Assembly: GCA_050260055.1 (NCBI GenBank) | Contig: JBLNBO010000005.1 | Span: 129,613-193,612, forward strand | Length of the DNA stretch: 64,000 bases | Reading direction: 5' to 3' | From: Ignavibacteriales bacterium | GTDB taxonomy: Bacteria > Bacillota > Clostridia > Acetivibrionales > UBA4821 | Shown: in pieces, positions 58,443-64,000 of the stretch | How positions within the stretch are numbered: position 1 is the first letter of the stretch | How the letters are laid out: each line of letters opens with the position of its first letter | Program-made: the position numbers and the translations under genes | The notes under the pieces: model-generated | Databases searched by the model: none | Told to the model about the DNA's origin: nothing | What the model saw: only the letters and a program-made list of their open reading frames with translations

Positions 58443-59240
58443 ATGAAAAAAGTATTGAATGGTATTTTTTGTGCAGTATGCTTGATGATATTATTTTCAG
58501 CAAGTCCGGCGCAGGCTGAACCAAGCGGAACTGTAGGGGATAGTTATTATATGTTTACAACAGGTACTTGTGAGAGATCAGAGCCTTCAAGTAAATACTA
58601 TTATAATGGCAGTGCGCATTACGAGGTAGAAGTAGGTCACGTCTCTGATGAGGAGACATATAACTATATAGTTGAAGTAACTCCTGTGGTTCCAAGCATA
58701 GGGATGGGGACTTTCTATCCTGTAATAAGGGAGTATACTAGTGATGTTAATCGTTATAGAATTTATAATTTATATATAGAGGACTTACCATATCCGGGTA
58801 CAATGTATTATTATACCGTAAGACTTGTTGGGCAACAAGAAATTAGTGTAGGTTCATTTACAACTACTGGTACTGCTCCGGCATGGATAGCTAATCCGGT
58901 AAGCTCAGGCGGAGGAGGGGCTGCTGGCGGAGATACCGAACCGCCAGAACTTACTTTGCTTTGGCAGGGGAATAAAACAACCATAGCAAAAAATACATCG
59001 GTTAAGCTGGTTGTAATTGTGCAGGATAATATAAGTGCAATAGGCAAGATTAAACTGGAATACAGCAAGGATGACGGAAGTATATATACAGAGTTTAACA
59101 AGGATGCGAACCAAAAGTATACCCAGTCTGCGAATATAACATTTTCTGAAGGGAACAAGTTTGTAAACGTCCTTGTTCGGGCTACAGATGAAGCAGGGAG
59201 ACAATCCATGGGATATAAAACGATTTATGTAACTGAATAA
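58443..59240 (+). CDS. secreted two-domain protein (FN3-like N-domain, Gly-rich linker, Ig-like C-domain)
   Basis: Signal peptide ..LFSASPAQA; YYYTVRL..GSFTT; linker SGGGGAAGGDTEPPE; C-terminal beta-rich module; AAGGAG RBS. Confidence 0.65.
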   Translation: MKKVLNGIFCAVCLMILFSASPAQAEPSGTVGDSYYMFTTGTCERSEPSSKYYYNGSAHYEVEVGHVSDEETYNYIVEVTPVVPSIGMGTFYPVIREYTSDVNRYRIYNLYIEDLPYPGTMYYYTVRLVGQQEISVGSFTTTGTAPAWIANPVSSGGGGAAGGDTEPPELTLLWQGNKTTIAKNTSVKLVVIVQDNISAIGKIKLEYSKDDGSIYTEFNKDANQKYTQSANITFSEGNKFVNVLVRATDEAGRQSMGYKTIYVTE

Positions 59241-59256
59241 GGTGAGGGTTTTCTAC

Positions 59257-59285
59257 TTGACACAATTTTTCATATCATTTAATAT
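59257..59285 (+). promoter_or_regulatory. sigma-A-type promoter upstream of the riboswitch candidate
   Basis: TTGACA (59257-59262), 17-nt spacer, TAATAT (59280-59285). Confidence 0.5.
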
Positions 59286-59307
59286 AATAACTAATAAAAT
59301 ACGTTGT

Positions 59308-59411
59308 TTATAGAGCAGGCGATCGGGCAACCGGTGGGGCTGGGCTGGTTAATCAGCAGCAGGTTAAACCTGTGGGACTATAATTTTAAATTATGGTTTC
59401 ACAGGTTTTTT
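59308..59411 (+). ncRNA. candidate czcD (NiCo)-type metal riboswitch with terminator expression platform
   Basis: P1 UUAUAG/CUAUAA closes three hairpins: AUCGG-GCAA-CCGGU, GCUG-GUUAAU-CAGC and CAGG-UUAAA-CCUG. Junction strands are G-rich. The 3' half of the last hairpin is shared with terminator AAACCUGUG..CACAGGUUU plus U-run. Sits upstream of a CDF transporter. Confidence 0.5.
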
Positions 59412-59477
59412 ATGTGGAACTGATTAAAGAAGTTTTGCATCAACAAATAAAATTATTAAACGAGAGGATGGATTTAA

Positions 59478-60380
59478 TTGAACAGCACTAGCAAAAAAGC
59501 AAAGGTAGCAATGCTGTCCATAATATCAAATATTAGTTTGATATTGATGAAAATTATTGCAGGTATAATAAGTGGTTCGGTAAGTATAATTTCGGAGGCA
59601 ATACATTCAAGTATGGATCTTTTGGCTTCAGTTATTGCTTTTATTTCCGTAAAAATATCAGGGAAGCCGGCTGATAAGGAGCATCCTTATGGCCACGGAA
59701 AGATAGAAAACTTCTCAGGCTTGATAGAAGGCTTGTTGATATTTGTAGCAGCTTTTTTGATAATAAATGAAGCGGTTAAGAAGATAATAAACCCTACTAA
59801 GATTGAAGATACTTGGGTTGCTGTTGCGGTAATGTTTATTTCTGCAGTTGCAAATACTATCGTATCTAGAAAATTATATAAGGTTGCTAAGGAAGAAGAC
59901 TCTATTGCACTGGAAGCAGATGCTTTGCATTTGAAAACTGATGTTTATACTTCTTTGGGAGTAGGCTTAGGGCTAATTCTAATTGCAGTAACAGGAATAA
60001 ATATTCTTGACCCAATAGTTGCGATTGCTGTTGCATGTTTGATAATAAAAGAATCCTGGGTTCTTTGCAGGAATGCATTTAATCCTCTTTTGGATTCTAG
60101 TCTGCCGATAGCGGATGAGGAACAGATAAAAGTAGTTATGGATAAATATAAAAATGAAATACTTGATTATCATATGTTAAGAACCAGAAAAGCAGGAGAT
60201 GTAAAATATATTGATTTTCATATGACTGTACAGCAAGAACTTACGGTTAAAGAATCACATGAGTTAAGCGAACGCATTGAAACAGATTTGGAAAATACAT
60301 TAACGCATACAAATGTAAATATTCACATAGAGCCGGGAGAGGTTGAACAGAGAAAGAATATAAACGATAATATAATCTAA
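59478..60380 (+). CDS. cation diffusion facilitator (CDF) family metal efflux transporter
   Basis: SEAIHSSMDLLASVIA, HPYGHGKIE, LHLKTDVYTS motifs; cytoplasmic C-terminal domain. Confidence 0.9.
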   Translation: MNSTSKKAKVAMLSIISNISLILMKIIAGIISGSVSIISEAIHSSMDLLASVIAFISVKISGKPADKEHPYGHGKIENFSGLIEGLLIFVAAFLIINEAVKKIINPTKIEDTWVAVAVMFISAVANTIVSRKLYKVAKEEDSIALEADALHLKTDVYTSLGVGLGLILIAVTGINILDPIVAIAVACLIIKESWVLCRNAFNPLLDSSLPIADEEQIKVVMDKYKNEILDYHMLRTRKAGDVKYIDFHMTVQQELTVKESHELSERIETDLENTLTHTNVNIHIEPGEVEQRKNINDNII

Positions 60381-60441
60381 TATGATTATGGCTATATTTA
60401 AAACAGAAGAAAACTCTATCGCAGAAAGAGGAGAACCTTGA

Positions 60442-61650
60442 ATGGATACAGAAAAAAGAAAAAAGATTTTAGGTATGGAGCCTAATGTATTTTTCACAGG
60501 ATTGACAAGTTTTCTTACTGATACATCTACAAAAATGGTCTATGCAGTTATGCCGCTTTTTTTGCTTTCGATTGGTGCCTCCAAAACCGAGCTTTCATTG
60601 ATTGAGGGGATTGCAGAGAGTACGGCCTCGGTCCTCAAGGCTATTTCGGGATGGTGGAGTGATAAGATAGGCAAAAACAAACCTTTCATGACTCTTGGGT
60701 ACCTTGTCACTGCACTTATTACCCCAATTTACTCTTCTGTTGCCAGTCCGATTCAGGTTTTATATCTAAGGTTCATAGAAAGAGTCGGAAAGGGAATAAG
60801 GACTGCTCCGAGAGACAGCTTGATTGCTGGCTCAACAGATGGAAAGAAAATCGGTAAAAACTTTGGTTTCCATAAAACAATGGATAACGCAGGTGCTATA
60901 ATTGGACCTCTTCTTGCTGTTTGGATTATGGCCATGTTTGCTAACAATTACAGGTTAGTTTTCTTATTGGCTGCAATACCTGCTGCTTTAGGAGTAATTG
61001 TGATTATGTCGTTCATTAAGGAAGCTAAAAAGTCTAAGGAAAGCCTGCCGGGGAAGATTGTATTTAAGGATTTTTCAAAAAGATTTTATGCATTTCTTTT
61101 TATTGCTTTCATATTTACTTTAGGAAATTCAACCGATGCACTTTTGCTTGTCAAGGCAAAAGATGCGGGATTTAGTAATATTGCTATTCCAATGCTGTAT
61201 TTAGTTTTTAATGTTGTATCGGTAATCTTTGCAATTCCAATGGGTATGCTCTCAGACAAAATCGGCAGAGAAAGGTTGATTATTTTTGGCTTTTTCTTAT
61301 ATTCAATTATTTATCTCTGTTTTGGAGCATTCAGTCTGCATTATATAATTATTACTTTATTTGCATTATATGGACTTTACAGTGCGTCTACAGATGGAAT
61401 CCAAAAGGCACTCGTTTCTGATTTGATTGATTCAGATAAAAGAGGAACCGGTCTAGGTTTATATAATGCTGTTCTTGGAATAACGCTGCTGCCAGCAAGT
61501 TTAATTGCAGGGGTTTTGTATGACAAAGTAAATTCAAGTGCACCTTTTTATTTTGGCGCAGCAATGTCATTTATTGCAGCGGTATTAATGATAATCTTTT
61601 ATGGTAAAAGACTTATTAGCAACAAAAATGTGGGAGAAAGCAAAGCATAA
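60442..61650 (+). CDS. MFS transporter
   Basis: 12-TM profile, GWWSDKIGKNKP and LSDKIGRER loop motifs. Confidence 0.85.
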   Translation: MDTEKRKKILGMEPNVFFTGLTSFLTDTSTKMVYAVMPLFLLSIGASKTELSLIEGIAESTASVLKAISGWWSDKIGKNKPFMTLGYLVTALITPIYSSVASPIQVLYLRFIERVGKGIRTAPRDSLIAGSTDGKKIGKNFGFHKTMDNAGAIIGPLLAVWIMAMFANNYRLVFLLAAIPAALGVIVIMSFIKEAKKSKESLPGKIVFKDFSKRFYAFLFIAFIFTLGNSTDALLLVKAKDAGFSNIAIPMLYLVFNVVSVIFAIPMGMLSDKIGRERLIIFGFFLYSIIYLCFGAFSLHYIIITLFALYGLYSASTDGIQKALVSDLIDSDKRGTGLGLYNAVLGITLLPASLIAGVLYDKVNSSAPFYFGAAMSFIAAVLMIIFYGKRLISNKNVGESKA

Positions 61651-61683
61651 TCTACAGCTTATGTTTATGAATTGGGGAAATAA

Positions 61684-61828
61684 GCAGAAAAATAATTTAT
61701 TTACACAAGCTGTAGATAGCAACGCCAGATAGTTCTGAGGTCCCGTCTGAAAAGTACATCATGAACTATCTAGCTTAGAAGTATTCTTTTTGGGATATAC
61801 AGCTCATGCTCGCAAATTATTTTTCTGC
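61684..61828. repeat. 145-bp nested inverted-repeat element
   Basis: Perfect 15-bp arms GCAGAAAAATAATTT / AAATTATTTTTCTGC. Inner arms AGATAGTTC / GAACTATCT and AAGCT / AGCTT, with a duplicated AGATAG. Confidence 0.7.
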
Positions 61829-61834
61829 TATAAT
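61826..61834 (+). promoter_or_regulatory. extended -10 element (TGcTATAAT) for the rib operon
   Basis: TG-c-TATAAT 34 nt upstream of the ribE ATG; no good -35. Confidence 0.35.
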
Positions 61835-61867
61835 ATGATTATATAAATATGAAATACGGAGAAAATT

Positions 61868-62521
61868 ATGTTCACAGGTATTGTTAAAGAAATTGGAACC
61901 ATAAGAACAATAAGTTTTTCAGGAAATATCAATAAACTCAGGATTGAATGCTGTGAAACAATTAAGGATGCTGGTCTTGGAGACAGTATAGCTGTAAATG
62001 GAATATGCCTGACTGTTTGCAATATGGGAGATAATTGGTTTGAAGCGGATGTTATGCCTGAGACAATGAGAAGAACAAGCTTAGCTGGTCTAAAACCTTC
62101 TTCCAAGGTTAACCTTGAACCTGCTTTAAAAATTGGTGATAGACTTGGAGGACATCTTGTGACTGGACATATTGATGGTGTTGGAAAGACAGCAGAAATT
62201 AAGAAAGAACAAAATGCAGTGTGGATTAATTTTGAAACATCATCGGAAATACTGAAATACATAGTCGAGAAGGGCTCTGTGGCAATTGATGGAACTAGCC
62301 TTACAGTAGCTGATGTCGATGGCAGTACTTTTAGTGTTTCATTAATACCTGCTACGCTTGAGAATACCATTCTCGGGATGAAGAAGATTGGAGATTTAGT
62401 AGATATTGAATGTGATATTGTTGGAAAGTATATTGAAAAATTTCTAGGGATTAAAGGGGAAAAATCCAAAGAAAAGAAAGAGCTGGATATAGAGTTTTTT
62501 ACACAAAACGGATTCATATAA
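61868..62521 (+). CDS. ribE: riboflavin synthase alpha subunit
   Basis: MFTGIVKEIGTI.., GDSIAVNGICLTV and second-repeat GSVAIDGTSLTV. Confidence 0.95.
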   Translation: MFTGIVKEIGTIRTISFSGNINKLRIECCETIKDAGLGDSIAVNGICLTVCNMGDNWFEADVMPETMRRTSLAGLKPSSKVNLEPALKIGDRLGGHLVTGHIDGVGKTAEIKKEQNAVWINFETSSEILKYIVEKGSVAIDGTSLTVADVDGSTFSVSLIPATLENTILGMKKIGDLVDIECDIVGKYIEKFLGIKGEKSKEKKELDIEFFTQNGFI

Positions 62522-62533
62522 AGATTTAGTAAA

Positions 62534-62563
62534 AGAATGCGGCAAAAGCCACATTCTTTTTTT
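62534..62563 (+). terminator. hairpin plus T-run between ribE and ribBA (internal attenuator/terminator)
   Basis: AGAATGcGGC-aaaa-GCCaCATTCT (one C/A mismatch) followed by TTTTTTTC. Confidence 0.5.
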
Positions 62564-62664
62564 CTTTTATTCCAAATCTTGCACAATAAACATAGACATA
62601 GTATACTTTCATCGTGATTAAGTGTCATGAAAAATTTTTAAGCAGTAAAAAGCAGGTGATAGTG

Positions 62665-63906
62665 ATGGATATGCATTTTAATACTATTCAAGAAGCAGTT
62701 GAAGATATTAGGCAGGGCAAAATGGTTATTGTTGTTGATGATGAGGACAGGGAAAATGAGGGAGACCTTGTTGTTGCAGCTGAAAAAATCACACCTGAAA
62801 TTGTTAACTTTATGACCAAGTATGCCAGAGGAATGATTTGCGTCTCAGTTACCGAAGAGAGGGCAATTGAACTTGATCTTCAACCTATGGTCAAAAATAA
62901 TTCGGATAATATGGGAACTGCATTTACGATTACAATAGATCATGAATCTACAACAACCGGAATTTCCGCCTTTGAGCGAGCAAGAACAATTAGGGAAATG
63001 GTAAATCCCAATGCGCAATCCTCTGACTTTAAACGGCCTGGCCATGTATTCCCTCTTATAGCTAAAAACGGCGGAACTTTAAAGAGGGCAGGACATACTG
63101 AAGCTTCGGTTGATCTGGCAAGACTTGCCGGGCTAGTTCCCGCTGGAGTTATCTGTGAAATTATGAACCAAGATGGAACAATGGCACGGGTTCCCCAGTT
63201 AATGGATTTTGCCAAGTTGCATAATATGAAAATAATAACCATAGCTGATTTGATAAATCATAGAAGAAATACTGAAAAGCTGATTAAAAGGGCTGCTTGT
63301 TCTTATTTACCGACAGAATACGGTGAATTTAAGATAGTAGCTTATGAAAATATCATAAATGGCGAGCATCATGTTGCTTTAATAAAAGGAGATGTTCAAA
63401 AAACCGATGAGCCTATATTGGTAAGGGTTCATTCAGAATGCTTAACTGGAGATGCTTTTGGTTCGCTGCGTTGTGATTGTGGCGGTCAGCTTAAAACTGC
63501 TATGATGGCCGTTGAAGAAGCGGGCACCGGTGTGATATTATACATGAGACAGGAAGGCCGTGGAATAGGTCTTTTGAATAAAATCAGGGCATATGAACTC
63601 CAAGATGCAGGGAAAGATACTGTTGAAGCAAATCTTATGCTTGGATTTCCGGCAGATCTAAGGGAATATGGAATAGGAGCGCAAATACTTGCTGATCTTG
63701 GCATAAGAAAAATTAGACTTCTCACAAATAATCCCAAGAAAATAATTGGTTTAAGCGGTTACGGACTTGAAGTTGTTGACAGAATTCCTTTGCAGATTCC
63801 TGAGAATAAGCACAACACAGGATATCTTCAAACCAAAAAGAATAAAATGAATCATCTTCTGGATTTTCATATAGAGAATACAATTATCTCAGATACTCAG
63901 GTTTAG
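62665..63906 (+). CDS. ribBA: bifunctional 3,4-dihydroxy-2-butanone-4-phosphate synthase / GTP cyclohydrolase II
   Basis: [12 protein letters not shown] (DHBP synthase) and [24 protein letters not shown] (GCH II); ATG 62665 follows AGGTGA. Confidence 0.95.
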   Translation: MDMHFNTIQEAVEDIRQGKMVIVVDDEDRENEGDLVVAAEKITPEIVNFMTKYARGMICVSVTEERAIELDLQPMVKNNSDNMGTAFTITIDHESTTTGISAFERARTIREMVNPNAQSSDFKRPGHVFPLIAKNGGTLKRAGHTEASVDLARLAGLVPAGVICEIMNQDGTMARVPQLMDFAKLHNMKIITIADLINHRRNTEKLIKRAACSYLPTEYGEFKIVAYENIINGEHHVALIKGDVQKTDEPILVRVHSECLTGDAFGSLRCDCGGQLKTAMMAVEEAGTGVILYMRQEGRGIGLLNKIRAYELQDAGKDTVEANLMLGFPADLREYGIGAQILADLGIRKIRLLTNNPKKIIGLSGYGLEVVDRIPLQIPENKHNTGYLQTKKNKMNHLLDFHIENTIISDTQV

Positions 63907-63979
63907 GCTTTTACTGCCTTTTCGCATTTGATTTTAATTTGCACTTTACATTTTACACTAATTTTAAGGGGGAATTATA

Positions 63980-64000
63980 ATGATAAAAACCAATGAGGGA
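63980..64000 (+). CDS. ribH: probable start of 6,7-dimethyl-8-ribityllumazine synthase (cut by window edge)
   Basis: AAGGGGG RBS then ATG; MIKTNEG..; called mainly from its position after ribBA. Confidence 0.45.

Noticed and set aside
61651-61867. Expected FMN (RFN) riboswitch upstream of ribE
   Set aside because: I looked for the conserved RFN core sequences and found none. The region is instead occupied by the nested inverted repeat.
61828-62628. 266-aa minus-strand ORF
   Set aside because: It lies entirely antisense to ribE, which has unmistakable riboflavin synthase sequence. The antisense translation is low-complexity (S/I/L/F-rich) and has no RBS.

Overview
Low-GC Firmicutes chromosome, Clostridia-like (spore-forming, flagellated, probably anaerobic); almost all of it is core genome. 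The window starts inside rpoC and carries the conserved L7Ae-rpsL-rpsG-fusA-tuf block. About 6.5 kb is wedged between rpoC and that block: a CCA-type nucleotidyltransferase, a GGDEF cyclase, a glnA relic, an ANTAR regulator, amtB and glnK. Next come an AI-2E transporter, a YhaO/YhaN-like nuclease/ATPase pair and a small-protein operon. A two-radical-SAM plus lipoate-ligase cassette (LipS1/LipS2-like) follows, then an epimerase, spoIID, a SipL-like LysM protein and the membrane pyrophosphatase. After that: a soluble [FeFe]-hydrogenase-like sensor fused to an MCP signalling domain, a TetR/HlyD/ABC-2 efflux operon, a split TauE/SafE permease and serine biosynthesis genes next to a DUF1015 gene. 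The rest comprises flagellar rod genes, fabZ, murC, spoVG, uvrC, a CDF transporter behind a candidate NiCo-type riboswitch, an MFS transporter and a rib operon (ribE-ribBA-ribH) with no ribD and no FMN riboswitch. The best candidate for an undescribed system is a six-gene plus-strand operon (53035-59240). It encodes an orphan VirD4/TraG-type coupling ATPase with two Sec-signal proteins (a 7-repeat propeller-like protein and an FN3/Ig-like protein), a long disordered Q/E/P-rich protein and two small unknowns. The window holds no relaxase, VirB4 or other T4SS parts. I saw no tRNA, rRNA, CRISPR array or transposase. All functional calls rest on motifs I recognised by eye and on synteny; no database search was run.
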